This document shows positions 9,259 through 19,416 of a stretch of DNA of 39,977 bases, in pieces. The stretch lies in the NCBI GenBank assembly GCA_044070495.1, contig JBIPSI010000041.1, forward strand, positions 1-39,977. The letters are read 5' to 3'. The stretch is from Spirulina sp. Lineage in GTDB: Bacteria; Cyanobacteriota; Cyanobacteriia; Phormidesmidales; Phormidesmidaceae. A program made the position numbers and the translations under genes. The number at the start of each line of letters is the position of its first letter. The stretch's first letter is position 1. A model generated the notes under the pieces. That model searched no databases. It had not been told where the DNA came from and saw only the letters and a list, made by a program, of their open reading frames with translations.

Positions 9259-11037
9259 ATGCACAGCGGTAAGTACAGTCCCAAGCGATTGGGGCTACGA
9301 CGGTGGGGGCGATGGATGCGGCGGCGATTCGTTCTAGCGGCATTGCTGGTATCCCTCACGCTGACGGGGTTAGGAACCCTGGCCTGGGCCGAGGCGGACG
9401 TTGATCCGCCCGCCGTTGGCCAAGATCCGGCCAGGGTAGAGACGGTAAATGCAGACTCGATGGGACGTGCCCTGCCGGAAACCGTGGTGGGCAACAAGGT
9501 GGACGGCTATCCGGTGCTGCTGGATGGCCAGGAACTGTTCCGGGTGCGGGTGGGGGTGGAGGGGGTGGCCACGGCGGAGGAGCGGGCCGCCATCCTCACC
9601 CAGCGCATTCAGGCCGTCGTCGCCGACTCCAGCATTACCCCTGACCAAATTCGGGCGGAAGCGGGCGAAACCCAGAGTATGGTTTGGGCGGGGGATAAGC
9701 TCCTGTTTACCGTGCTGCCAGCGGATGAGGAGGTTTACGGTCGGCCCCACCCAGAACTAGCGGTCATGGCGGCGGACTGGATCCAACAGGCGCTTATCAC
9801 CTATCGGGAAGCCCGTACCCTCAAACGGCTGGCCACCAACTTAGCCGCCATTGTGGTCAGTACGTTGCTGCTGATTCTGTTTTTGCGGGGTCTGTTTTTC
9901 CTATGCTCTCAGCTACTCAGCCGCATTCAGAGGCAGCGGGAAAACGGTACCCTGGCGCTGCGGTTCCAGTCAATCCAGATCCTTGGGGCTGGAGCCACGA
10001 GCTACCTACTTCACAGTCTCATCCAACTGCTGCGGATGGGGCTGCTGCTGTTTGCCCTCTACCTCTATGTGCCCTTTGTGCTGAGCCAGTTTCCGGCCAC
10101 CCAAGCCCTAGGGGATAGCTTGCTGCGGGATCTGGCGGATCGTCTGAATGGCCTAGCCCAGGCGTTTGTGGCCTATCTGCCCAACCTGATGATGCTGGGC
10201 ATTTTAGCCCTCGTTACCTACTACGTGATCGAATTTGCCAAGCAGGTGATTATTGAACTGGGGCGGCAGGATGTGTACCCCTGGTTTTATTCCGAATGGG
10301 TGAAGCCCACCATTCGCCTCGCCACCTTTTTGATCATCGCCATGGCCTTCGTGTTTGCGGCCCCCTTCATGCCGGGGTTTGGGTCGCCCGCCTTCCAGGG
10401 GGTATCGCTGTTTCTGGGGGCCTTGCTGACCCTCGGATCCTCCTCCGCCGTCGCCAATGCCCTGGCGGGAGTTATCCTGATCTACACCCGCGCCTTTCGG
10501 ATCGGCGACCTGATCCGCATCGACAACATCATTGGCGACGTGCAGGACAAATCCCTGTTTGTCACCCGCGTCCTCACCCCCAGGCAGGAAACCGTCACCA
10601 TCCCCAACGCCTCGGTACTCAACAGCAACGTCACCAATTTCAGCGCCATTTGCCGCGAAGCCGGGGGCTATCTGGTACTCCAAACCACCATTACCCTCGG
10701 CTATGATGTGCCCTGGCGCAAAATCCACGAGGTGCTGATCGAAGCCGCCCTAGCTACCCCCAACATCCAAGCCACCCCCGCCCCCTTCGTTCTGCAAACG
10801 GCCCTGAACGACTTCAACGTCAGCTACACCCTCAGCGCCTACACCGCCGTCCCCAACAAAATGCCCCTGATCTACTCGGCCCTGCACCAAAACATCCAAG
10901 ACTACTGCAACGCCGCCGATATCGAAATTCTCTCACCGGGCTACACCGCCCTGCGCGACGGCAACCATTCCACCATCCCCGCCGACTACCTGCCAGAGGG
11001 CTACATCGCTCCCGCCTTCGGGGTGAAACAGCGCTAG
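9259..11037 (+). CDS. MscS-family mechanosensitive channel with periplasmic N-terminal domain
   Basis: Multiple TM helices; RAFRIGD, TIPNA..LNSNVTNFS and LGYDVPWRKIHE. Start could be ATG 9316. Confidence 0.93.
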   Translation: MHSGKYSPKRLGLRRWGRWMRRRFVLAALLVSLTLTGLGTLAWAEADVDPPAVGQDPARVETVNADSMGRALPETVVGNKVDGYPVLLDGQELFRVRVGVEGVATAEERAAILTQRIQAVVADSSITPDQIRAEAGETQSMVWAGDKLLFTVLPADEEVYGRPHPELAVMAADWIQQALITYREARTLKRLATNLAAIVVSTLLLILFLRGLFFLCSQLLSRIQRQRENGTLALRFQSIQILGAGATSYLLHSLIQLLRMGLLLFALYLYVPFVLSQFPATQALGDSLLRDLADRLNGLAQAFVAYLPNLMMLGILALVTYYVIEFAKQVIIELGRQDVYPWFYSEWVKPTIRLATFLIIAMAFVFAAPFMPGFGSPAFQGVSLFLGALLTLGSSSAVANALAGVILIYTRAFRIGDLIRIDNIIGDVQDKSLFVTRVLTPRQETVTIPNASVLNSNVTNFSAICREAGGYLVLQTTITLGYDVPWRKIHEVLIEAALATPNIQATPAPFVLQTALNDFNVSYTLSAYTAVPNKMPLIYSALHQNIQDYCNAADIEILSPGYTALRDGNHSTIPADYLPEGYIAPAFGVKQR

Positions 11038-11138
11038 GTTGTCTTGAACCATCATCGTTGGTTTGCTGACAGGCTAGGACAAGGGCTGCGGCTAGGGCTA
11101 CCATGGGCCAAGGTTGCCGTTCGCTAGGAGATGCCAGG

Positions 11139-12437
11139 GTGAACACCCCTCCCATACTCAACTCGAACCTGTCTCACCCGAACCCCTCAGGGCTACAGGA
11201 TAGAAAACCCCTGTCGCGGCTAGATTTGGGCCTCATGCTGGGGCTGCTGCTGCTGGGCAGTGGGCTGCGGCTGCTGTGGGCCGCCGATATGGAATGGAAA
11301 GCCGACGAAATTTGGATGTACGACACCGCCCGCCAAGTGGCCGATGGCGATCTGCCTTGGCCCTGGCTAGGCATGACCAGCAGCACCGGGCTACAAAATC
11401 CGGGCCTGAGCGTGTGGCTGTTTATTCTGCTGGCCTACGTGGCCGAAACCCCCGTGGCCATGGTGCGCTGGGTGCAGGGCATTAACATTGCCGTGCTGTG
11501 GGGGCTGTTTGGCTTTTTCTACTGGCAATGGCCCCAGGAACGCCGAAGCTGGCTGTGGGGCATTGCCCTAGCGGCGGTGTCTCCCCTGGCGATTTTGTTT
11601 TCCCGCAAGCTGTGGACGATTGATCTGCTGCCGCTGTTTTGCGCCGCTATCCTGATTACCCATACCTACCGCCATCGTCGTTGGGGTGCCCTGGGCTGGG
11701 GACTATTGGGGGCGTTGGTGGGGCAACTGCACATGAGCGGCTTTTTCCTAGCCACCGCCCTGTTTCTATGGACGGTCTACCACGACCATCGACAACACAT
11801 CCTGGCCCAAACCCGATGGCTCAGTTGGGCGGCGGGGACAGTTTTGGGGTTAATTCCCTTCGTGCCCTGGTTGATCTATGCCGCCAGTGCCGACAACCAA
11901 GCCGCCCGATCCTGGGTGGGGCTGCTGGTGCCCAAGTATTTCGCCCACTGGTTCACCACCGCCCTAGGGGTAAACATGAGCTACTCCCTGGGCCGCTACT
12001 TCTGGTCAGACTTTCTTCCCCAGCCCATCCTCGGTGGCCATCCCACCTATCTGATCGCGCTGGTGCATGGTGTCTTGATTCTGCTAGGTCTGTGGTATGG
12101 CCTGAGCTGGGTTCGATCCATGCCCCGCCCGATCCACACCCTGCGTACCCCCATCCCCCATCCCCTCGGCTTCTACGGTCAATCCTTTGGCTGGATAACG
12201 GGCCTGATCTTCACCCTCTTTGCCCTGAATATCCCCGTCCACTACGTCTTCATTGGCTTTCCCATGATGTACGTGTGGCTAGCCTCGGTGTTGGCTCCGT
12301 ACCGACGACCCTGGTTCCTGCTGCTGGCGGGGCAGGTGGTGATTTCCGTGGCGTTTTTGGCCTTCATCCACACCACCGGAGGCTTTGCCGATGCCGACTA
12401 TGGCGTTGTCTATCGTCTGCAAATGCCTAACCCGTAG
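11139..12437 (+). CDS. GT-C fold (ArnT/PMT-like) polytopic membrane glycosyltransferase, putative
   Basis: WKADE after the first TM, VSPLAILFSRKLW and many TM segments. GTG 11139 has AGGAG 8 nt upstream. Confidence 0.7.
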   Translation: MNTPPILNSNLSHPNPSGLQDRKPLSRLDLGLMLGLLLLGSGLRLLWAADMEWKADEIWMYDTARQVADGDLPWPWLGMTSSTGLQNPGLSVWLFILLAYVAETPVAMVRWVQGINIAVLWGLFGFFYWQWPQERRSWLWGIALAAVSPLAILFSRKLWTIDLLPLFCAAILITHTYRHRRWGALGWGLLGALVGQLHMSGFFLATALFLWTVYHDHRQHILAQTRWLSWAAGTVLGLIPFVPWLIYAASADNQAARSWVGLLVPKYFAHWFTTALGVNMSYSLGRYFWSDFLPQPILGGHPTYLIALVHGVLILLGLWYGLSWVRSMPRPIHTLRTPIPHPLGFYGQSFGWITGLIFTLFALNIPVHYVFIGFPMMYVWLASVLAPYRRPWFLLLAGQVVISVAFLAFIHTTGGFADADYGVVYRLQMPNP

Positions 12438-12470
12438 GGTTCATTCGCAAAGCGACGTACCCCACGGGTT
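12429..12470. repeat. REP-like palindrome / possible bidirectional terminator between convergent genes
   Basis: AACCCGTAGGGT...ACCCCACGGGTT arms (1 mismatch) with an internal CGCAAAGCG mini-hairpin. Confidence 0.65.
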
Positions 12471-12499
12471 GGAGATTGGCATTGGAGTGGTGGTGTGTC

Positions 12500-13387
12500 T
12501 TAATGGCGCTTGAACCGGATGCCGAGGAAGAGGTCGTAGAGGAAGCTGAAGAAGTCCTTCACTTGCAGTAACCCCAGGGATTGGGGAGAACCTTTTTCAT
12601 CCAGCAGGGGCCGCATCACTTCGTAGGTGGGTTTGTATTTGTACCAGGGCACCGAGGGCCAGAGATGATGCACCAGGTGGTAGTTCTGGCCCATGATCAA
12701 AATATTCAGCACCGCACCGGGGTAGACGCGGGCGTTTTTCCAGCGATCCCGTTCCTCGAAGGGGCGGTGGGGCAAATAGTCAAAAAATAACCCTAGGGCA
12801 ATGCCAACGACCAGGGCGGGGGAAAACCAGAAGTTGAAGATGTAGCCGAGGAAATCAAACTTCCAGGCGGCAAACACCAGCAGCGCTACGGCCAAACGAC
12901 CCAGGAACCACTCCAACAGTTCCCAGTTGCGCCAGAGTTGGCGCTTGAAGAAATAGATCTCGTGGTAAAAGAAGCGGGCCGCAATCAGCCACAGCGGCCC
13001 CCCGGTGGAGACAAAGTGATCGGGGTCGTTTTCGGGATCATTCACATGGGCGTGGTGTTGCAGATGAACACGAGTGAACACCGGAAAGGAAAATCCCAAA
13101 ATCAGGGCGCTGCCGTGGCCCAGCACCGCATTAACCGTACGATTGCGGTGGGCAGAATTATGAGAGGCATCGTGGATCACCGTCCCCGCTAGGTGCAAGG
13201 ACAGCACATTCATCAAAAACACGCACCAACCGGGCCAGCCCCAGAGAAAATAGCCCACGGTGGAGATGGTAATTAAGCCTACGGAGGCTAAAAACATCAG
13301 GGCATTGGGACTTAGGCCACCCTCGGTTTTCAGTAACTCAGGGGGCACTGTTTTACGTATCGTCAGGGGCTCTGCTGCCGCCGACAT
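12500..13387 (-). CDS. crtR: Beta-carotene hydroxylase CrtR
   Basis: Desaturase His boxes HDASH, HLQHH and HLVHH, plus DPENDPDHFVSTGGPLW typical of cyanobacterial CrtR. Confidence 0.95.
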   Translation of the reverse strand: MSAAAEPLTIRKTVPPELLKTEGGLSPNALMFLASVGLITISTVGYFLWGWPGWCVFLMNVLSLHLAGTVIHDASHNSAHRNRTVNAVLGHGSALILGFSFPVFTRVHLQHHAHVNDPENDPDHFVSTGGPLWLIAARFFYHEIYFFKRQLWRNWELLEWFLGRLAVALLVFAAWKFDFLGYIFNFWFSPALVVGIALGLFFDYLPHRPFEERDRWKNARVYPGAVLNILIMGQNYHLVHHLWPSVPWYKYKPTYEVMRPLLDEKGSPQSLGLLQVKDFFSFLYDLFLGIRFKRH

Positions 13388-13752
13388 GTCGTCTCGCTCC
13401 TACACCAGTATCCTCGGTAGTATACGTTACGATGCCGCGTTAATAAAGTTTTGTGACGGATTCCTGAGTCAACGGGTCAGCGTCTTGGGGTGAGGGCCTG
13501 GGGGCGGTGGTCTGTCCCCAGGCCATTCGTCTCGGAAAAACTAGCGATGCAGGCCATCGCCCCCTTGATGAAAAAGTCGTGCTATGGCCTCGGTGTTTGC
13601 GCTCAGATTTGCTTTAGAGTGACAAAATCCCGACTTTTGTGTAGAGGTTGTCTGCTGGGCATCTGAACAGGGCTTGGCCCTGCGTTAGCCGATTGGCCCT
13701 GGCTTCTGGTTCCCTCTGGGTTGTCGTTCAAGTCATGTTAGAGAGTTCACCT

Positions 13753-15540
13753 ATGTCGCTGAGTACCAATCGCCGTCGTACCAAAATTGTTGCGACCATC
13801 GGCCCCGCAACCCAGAATGCTGACGTGCTCCGTGCCCTCATCGAAGCGGGGGCAACCACCCTGCGGCTCAATTTCTCCCATGGCAGCCATGAGGATCACC
13901 AGCGCAGTATCCGCCTAATTCGCCAGATTTCCTTTGAGCTAAACCAGCCCGTGGGCATTTTGCAGGATTTGCAAGGCCCTAAAATTCGCCTGGGCAAGTT
14001 CGAGCAGGGGGCAATTCAGTTGGCCAAGGGGGATCCCTTTGTGTTGACGAGTGAGCGGATTTTGGGCACCCAGGAACGGGCCTGTGTCACCTACGACAAG
14101 CTGGCCGAGGAAGTTCCGGTGGGTTCCACCATTCTGCTGGATGACGGCAAGGTGGAAATGAAGGTGGAGGGCGTGGATATCGATGCCCAGGAACTCCATT
14201 GTCGGGTGGTGGTTGGGGGGCTACTGACCAACAACAAAGGGGTGAATTTTCCCGGCGTTTATCTCTCCATTAAGGCGCTGACCGACAAGGATCGCGAAGA
14301 CCTGATGTTTGGTCTCAACCAGGGGGTGGATTGGGTGGCCCTCAGCTTTGTGCGTAACCCTCAGGATGTGCTGGAAATTAAGGAAATTATCGCCAAGGCC
14401 GGAAAACCCGTGCCTGTGATCGTCAAGATTGAGAAGCACGAAGCCATCGAGCAGATGGAGGCGATTCTGTCTCTATCCGATGGGGTAATGGTGGCGCGGG
14501 GCGACCTAGGGGTAGAACTGCCCGCTGAGGAGGTGCCGATTCTGCAAAAGCGCCTGATCTTAACCGCCAACGCCCTCGGCATTCCGGTGATTACCGCCAC
14601 CCAAATGCTAGATAGCATGGTTTCCAACCCGCGCCCCACCCGCGCCGAGGTCTCCGACGTGGCCAACGCCATTTTGGATGGCACCGATGCGGTGATGCTC
14701 TCCAACGAAACGGCGGTGGGTAAATTCCCAGTCGAAGCGGTGGCCACCATGGCACGGGTGGCGGTGCGTACCGAGCAGGAGGGCTTGGGTACCCGAGATC
14801 TAGAGAACACCGGAGCCTGGTCGATTCCCAATGCCATCAGTCAGGCCGTGGGGCGGATTGCCTCCCAGCTCAACGCGGCGGCGATTATGACCCTGACCAA
14901 AAGCGGGGCCACGGCCCGTAATGTGTCGAAATATCGGCCCCAAACGCCGATTTTGGCCATCACGCCCCATGTGAACGTGGCCCGTCAACTGCAACTGGTT
15001 TGGGGGGTGCGGCCTCTGCTGGTGCTGGATTTGCCCTCCACCACCCAAACCTTCCAAGCCGCCATGGGGGTAGCCCAGGAAAAGCACCTGCTGAAGGATG
15101 GCGATCTGGTGGTGCTCACCGCTGGCACCCTGCAAGGGGTATCTGGATCCACGGACTTGATTAAGGTGGACGTGGTAACGGCGGTGCTGGGCCGGGGCGT
15201 GGGCATCGGTGAGGCCTCCGTCAGCGGTCGGGCACGGGTGGCCCACAGCAGTCTGGATATCAACGACTTTAACGAGGGCGAAATCCTGATTGTGCCCCGC
15301 ACCAGTGCCGATTTTGTGGAAGCGATTCGGCGTTCTGGGGGCATCATTACCGAAGACGACAGCCTGACCGGCCATGCGGCGGTGATTGGTCTGCGCCTGG
15401 GTGTTCCGGTGATTGTGGGGGTTAAAAATGCCACAGAAATCATTCGCGACGGCACTATCCTCACCCTCGATACCCGGCGAGGATTGGTCTATTCTGGGGC
15501 ACTCAGCACCGCGAAAACGGATCCTGGCCTGGGGCTTTAG
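13753..15540 (+). CDS. pyk: Pyruvate kinase with C-terminal PEP-utiliser (swivel) domain
   Basis: RRTKIVATIGPA, MVARGDLGVE and TATQMLDSM; C-terminal LTGHAAVIGLRLGVPVIVG. ATG 13753 chosen as start. Confidence 0.98.
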   Translation: MSLSTNRRRTKIVATIGPATQNADVLRALIEAGATTLRLNFSHGSHEDHQRSIRLIRQISFELNQPVGILQDLQGPKIRLGKFEQGAIQLAKGDPFVLTSERILGTQERACVTYDKLAEEVPVGSTILLDDGKVEMKVEGVDIDAQELHCRVVVGGLLTNNKGVNFPGVYLSIKALTDKDREDLMFGLNQGVDWVALSFVRNPQDVLEIKEIIAKAGKPVPVIVKIEKHEAIEQMEAILSLSDGVMVARGDLGVELPAEEVPILQKRLILTANALGIPVITATQMLDSMVSNPRPTRAEVSDVANAILDGTDAVMLSNETAVGKFPVEAVATMARVAVRTEQEGLGTRDLENTGAWSIPNAISQAVGRIASQLNAAAIMTLTKSGATARNVSKYRPQTPILAITPHVNVARQLQLVWGVRPLLVLDLPSTTQTFQAAMGVAQEKHLLKDGDLVVLTAGTLQGVSGSTDLIKVDVVTAVLGRGVGIGEASVSGRARVAHSSLDINDFNEGEILIVPRTSADFVEAIRRSGGIITEDDSLTGHAAVIGLRLGVPVIVGVKNATEIIRDGTILTLDTRRGLVYSGALSTAKTDPGLGL

Positions 15541-15548
15541 GTCTCCCC

Positions 15549-15584
15549 TATTAAAGAAGCCCCTAGCCTGATGGACTAGGGGCT
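15549..15584 (-). terminator. Intrinsic terminator between convergent pyk and psaM
   Basis: AGCCCCTAG-N9-CTAGGGGCT stem (15558-15584), followed by TCTTTAAT on the minus strand. Confidence 0.7.
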
Positions 15585-15626
15585 CCGCCATTGAATCAAG
15601 CTCAGTAGCCAGCGATCCAAGGGGGA

Positions 15627-15716
15627 TTATTTGTACAGTTCAGTGGACAGACGGAAGGCCAGTATGCCGGGAATTAGAGCCAGGGCCAAGGCGATGTATA
15701 CCTGAGTATCTGACAT
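15627..15716 (-). CDS. psaM: Photosystem I reaction centre subunit XII
   Basis: Hand translation MSDTQVYIALALALIPGILAFRLSTELYK (29 aa), with SD GAGAGGA upstream. Not in the ORF track. Confidence 0.97.
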   Translation of the reverse strand: MSDTQVYIALALALIPGILAFRLSTELYK

Positions 15717-15996
15717 AGAATAGTTCCTCTCAAACGGGGTGAACGATGGATGACAGACTTGTCTAGACCTGATTGTTAACTAAGACGACCTTTTCTATAC
15801 GCAGGGTCGGGGGAACTGTTACACAGCTTAATGCGCTGATAAACCGTTGGGGCGGCCATTTTGGGTTGCCCTAAAGTCTATCTATACTCTGGATGCTTTA
15901 AGGGACTTGTATGACTCGTAAACCGAGGGAATTTAGCGCTAAGCTAGCTAGCGACCTGGTAAGACCAAGGGCAAGGATGGCCGCAGGGAGAGAACA

Positions 15997-16695
15997 TTGG
16001 TGCAGGATGCTGACCCGTGGTTGACACCGTCGATGGCTGTGGACAAAGCGCCGCCGATTCGTAGTGAGTTTGAACGCCAGTTGCTTCGGGTGCAACGGGA
16101 TCTGCTTCGCATGGGTGCCCTCGTGGAAAATTCCTGCGTCCTTGCTCGCGATGCCCTCTGTGATCGCAACCTAGAGGCGGCCCAGCGATTGCGCAGCCAG
16201 GATAAGCAGGTAGATCAGTTCTATCGCCAGATTGAGCTGGACTGTATGCATCTCTTTACCCTGCCCGCCTCCGCCGATATGGATCTGCGCCGGGTGGGGG
16301 CCTTCATTCAAATGGTGCGCGACCTCGAACGCATCGGCGACTATGCTAAGGATCTAGGGGATGTGGCGATCAAGCTATTCCCCTATCCAGTGCACCCTCT
16401 GATGGGGCGGGTGCAAACCATGTTAGATCGCTGTCGGTCCATGGTGGCCATGAGCTTGCTGGCCCTCTCCGACCTCGATGCCACCGCTGGCCTAGAAATT
16501 AAGCAAAAGGACGACGCCGTAGACAGCGACTACGACGAACTCTACGATCTCCTGGCCCACCAAACCAATCTGGTCGGATCCATCGAACCCACGGTACTGC
16601 TGGTGCTGGCCATTCGCTACATGGAACGGATTGCGGATCATGCCACCAACGTCGGCAAGCGGGTGGCCTACATCATCACCGGAGAGCGAGCCTAA
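15997..16695 (+). CDS. phoU: Phosphate signalling complex protein PhoU
   Basis: RDLERIGDYA and RYMERIADHATN repeats. Start uncertain (16000 or 16033 possible). Confidence 0.95.
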   Translation: MVQDADPWLTPSMAVDKAPPIRSEFERQLLRVQRDLLRMGALVENSCVLARDALCDRNLEAAQRLRSQDKQVDQFYRQIELDCMHLFTLPASADMDLRRVGAFIQMVRDLERIGDYAKDLGDVAIKLFPYPVHPLMGRVQTMLDRCRSMVAMSLLALSDLDATAGLEIKQKDDAVDSDYDELYDLLAHQTNLVGSIEPTVLLVLAIRYMERIADHATNVGKRVAYIITGERA

Positions 16696-17031
16696 CCTTG
16701 TCGCTAGTGTTGCAAAATGTAACGCAGCATTGACAAGAAAATTTGACAGTGTCCCATTTCTTGAGACACTGTAAAGGGTGTGCCTTGCTGATTCCATTGA
16801 CGGATTCGGCAGGCCCTAGGGTTTGGCCGTTCCGACGCCATTCTGGTCACGGTCAAACGGTTGAGTTCATGGCTGGCGGTGGGCCTCCCATCCAGTTTTG
16901 CCCCCGGTCAGGCCTTGAATCGATCTCCCTTGCGATGGCTAGGTCACAACACCCACGCGTTACGACCCTATCCCGCAACGGACGCCCCGGCACAAGTCAG
17001 GCACGAATAATCCTTAGGAATGAGTCGCTAC

Positions 17032-19413
17032 ATGGAATTTTCGATTGCGGCATTATTAGCGAGTTTTGCAAAAGACAAAACTCTCACCCTGAAAAACCTC
17101 GAGAAGAAGCTACACTGCACCACCGATACCAGCCAGCGAGATTTGCAGATTGCCGTTGATGCCCTAGAGCGCATTGGCGTGTTAGTGAAGGAGCGGGGCA
17201 AATATCGGCGCAACGCCGAAGAAGGCGTAGTGGAGGGTAAACTCCGCTGCTCTAGCAAGGGTTTCTGTTTTGCCATCCAAGACGAAGAGGGAGCGGAAGA
17301 CATCTACGTGCGCGAAAGCCACCTGAATACCGCCTGGAACGGCGACCGGGTGCTGGTGCGCGTCACCAAGGAAGGTAGCGGACGACGCAGCCCCGAAGGC
17401 GAAGTGCGCCTGATTTTGGAACGGGCCAATGCCTCGGTTCTGGCCCGCGTTAAGCAGGAAGAGAACGATTACCGGGCCGTTCCCCTGGATGATCGGCTGC
17501 TGTTTGAGTTGTCCCTGCTGGCCAACGGCACCGACCTGCAAGAGGCCGTCGATCAACTGGCCCATGTGGAAATTGTCCGCTATCCCCTCGGTCAAAATCC
17601 CCCCCAGGGGCGGGTGGCGCAAATTTTGGGCAGCGATGCCGAGGCCGCCTCTGATCTGGATATCGTCCACTGCAAGCACGACCTGCCCCGCAAATTTTCC
17701 GACCGGGCGCTGGCCGAAGCCGAGGCCCTGCCCACCCGCCTGGGCAAGACAGATCTCAAAGATCGCCTGGATCTGCGCGAGGTGCTCACCCTCACCATTG
17801 ACGGCCCCAATGCCTCCGTGGTTGATGACGCCCTCACCCTAGAAAGAACCGAGGCGGGCCATTGGCGACTGGGGGTTCACATCTCCGACATTGCCCACTA
17901 CGTTCCGGCCCATTCCGCCGTTGATCAGGAAGCGGCTAAACGGGGCACCTCGGTATATTTGGGAGACACCGTGATTCCCATGCTGCCACCGCCGCTGTCG
18001 GGGCCGTTGGGTTCCCTGGAGGTGGGTAAGGATCGGCTGGCCCTATCGGTGTTGGTCACCCTCAACGACACGGGCAACGTGGTGGAATATGAAGTTCGGC
18101 CCGCCGTGGTCAGCGTCAACCACCACATCACCTACCAAGAGGCCCAAGCCATTCTGGAGCGGGACAATCCCGACATGCTCAGCAGCCTGGGGATCGAGGC
18201 TAAGGCGCTGAAGAAGCTCGCCCCCATCTACGACCTGCTGGACAATCTGCTTTACCTCAGTCAGGCCATCAAGCGCCAGCGGCTCCATCGTGGATCCTTC
18301 GAGCTAAACCTGCCCGAATACGACTTTCCGGCGGACGCCGAAGAACCCCTGGCCCACTATCGCTCCCCCAAATTCCAGTACGACGACGAGGGTTTGCTGG
18401 GGGTGATGGTGGTGTCGGCGGGCGGCTCCGCTCGACAAATTGTCACGGAATGTATGCTGCTGACCAATCAACTGGTGGCCCAGCATTTGGTTGCCTTGGG
18501 CGTACCCGCCATCTACCGTCTGCACCGCGCCCCTGAACCCAGCGATGTGCAAGAACTGACCAAACTGGCGGAAAACATGGATATCCAGCTTACCCTGGAA
18601 ACCGAAGACGCGCCCCAGCCCAAGGATTACCAGCGGTTTGTGGAACAGTTTGCAGCCTCCAGCGCCGAGAAAATCCTCACCTACCTACTGCTCGAAACCA
18701 TTCAGCCCGCCTTCTACAGCACCCATCCTTCCCAGCACTTTGGCCTGGGGTTGGCCGAGGGCTACACCCACTTCACCTCCCCTTCCCGCCGCTATGCCGA
18801 TTTGATGGTGCATCGCATTCTCCATGCGGTGTTCGAGTCGGGTCGAGACCGCCGCTCCACCCGTTCCAAGGATGGGGTGAATTTGCACCATAGTTCCTGC
18901 CACGGACAGATTAACTGGAACGTGCTACCCCCTGAAATTCAGCACGAGCTAGAGGACGACCTACCCCGCCTCGCCATTCACCTGACCGAGCGGGAACGAC
19001 TGGCCCAGGAGGCCGAATCTGACCTAGAGGGGCTAAAAAAGGCCGAATTTATGCGCTCCCACACTGGGGAAGTGTTCCACGGGTTGATTACGGGGGTGCA
19101 GTCCTACGGCTTCTTTGTGGAAATCGAAGAACTGCTGGTGGAAGGGCTGGTGCATGTCAGTTCCCTCAAAGACGACTGGTACGAGTACCGTGCCCGTCAA
19201 CAAAAACTGGTGGGTCGCAAAAATCGCCAGCAATACCGCCTCGGCGACAAAGTTGATGTGCAGGTGAAGAGCGTCGATTACTATCGTCAGCAGATCGACC
19301 TCGTGGCCGTCGGCGGCGGTAGCCAAGTACCCGACGACGAGGAAAATTCCACCTACGACGACGACCCCTCAGAAGTCGCTGGAACCGACCTCAACACCGA
19401 CGAGAGCGAATAG
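17032..19413 (+). CDS. zam: RNase R/II family protein of the cyanobacterial Zam type
   Basis: MEFSIAALL N-terminus, cold-shock OB region (SSKGFCF), RNB domain (HFGL..YTHFTSPSRRYADL) and C-terminal S1. Confidence 0.85.
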   Translation: MEFSIAALLASFAKDKTLTLKNLEKKLHCTTDTSQRDLQIAVDALERIGVLVKERGKYRRNAEEGVVEGKLRCSSKGFCFAIQDEEGAEDIYVRESHLNTAWNGDRVLVRVTKEGSGRRSPEGEVRLILERANASVLARVKQEENDYRAVPLDDRLLFELSLLANGTDLQEAVDQLAHVEIVRYPLGQNPPQGRVAQILGSDAEAASDLDIVHCKHDLPRKFSDRALAEAEALPTRLGKTDLKDRLDLREVLTLTIDGPNASVVDDALTLERTEAGHWRLGVHISDIAHYVPAHSAVDQEAAKRGTSVYLGDTVIPMLPPPLSGPLGSLEVGKDRLALSVLVTLNDTGNVVEYEVRPAVVSVNHHITYQEAQAILERDNPDMLSSLGIEAKALKKLAPIYDLLDNLLYLSQAIKRQRLHRGSFELNLPEYDFPADAEEPLAHYRSPKFQYDDEGLLGVMVVSAGGSARQIVTECMLLTNQLVAQHLVALGVPAIYRLHRAPEPSDVQELTKLAENMDIQLTLETEDAPQPKDYQRFVEQFAASSAEKILTYLLLETIQPAFYSTHPSQHFGLGLAEGYTHFTSPSRRYADLMVHRILHAVFESGRDRRSTRSKDGVNLHHSSCHGQINWNVLPPEIQHELEDDLPRLAIHLTERERLAQEAESDLEGLKKAEFMRSHTGEVFHGLITGVQSYGFFVEIEELLVEGLVHVSSLKDDWYEYRARQQKLVGRKNRQQYRLGDKVDVQVKSVDYYRQQIDLVAVGGGSQVPDDEENSTYDDDPSEVAGTDLNTDESE

Positions 19414-19416
19414 GTC

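Noticed and set aside
11639..12430. 263-aa alternative-frame ORF inside the membrane glycosyltransferase
   Set aside because: Pro/Arg-rich off-frame translation with no domain features.
13648..13752. N-terminal extension of pyk from TTG 13648
   Set aside because: Pyruvate kinase homology begins at MSLSTNRRRTK (ATG 13753).
16730..16770. Two TTGACA hexamers upstream of zam
   Set aside because: No convincing -10 at 16-18 nt spacing, so a promoter cannot be supported.
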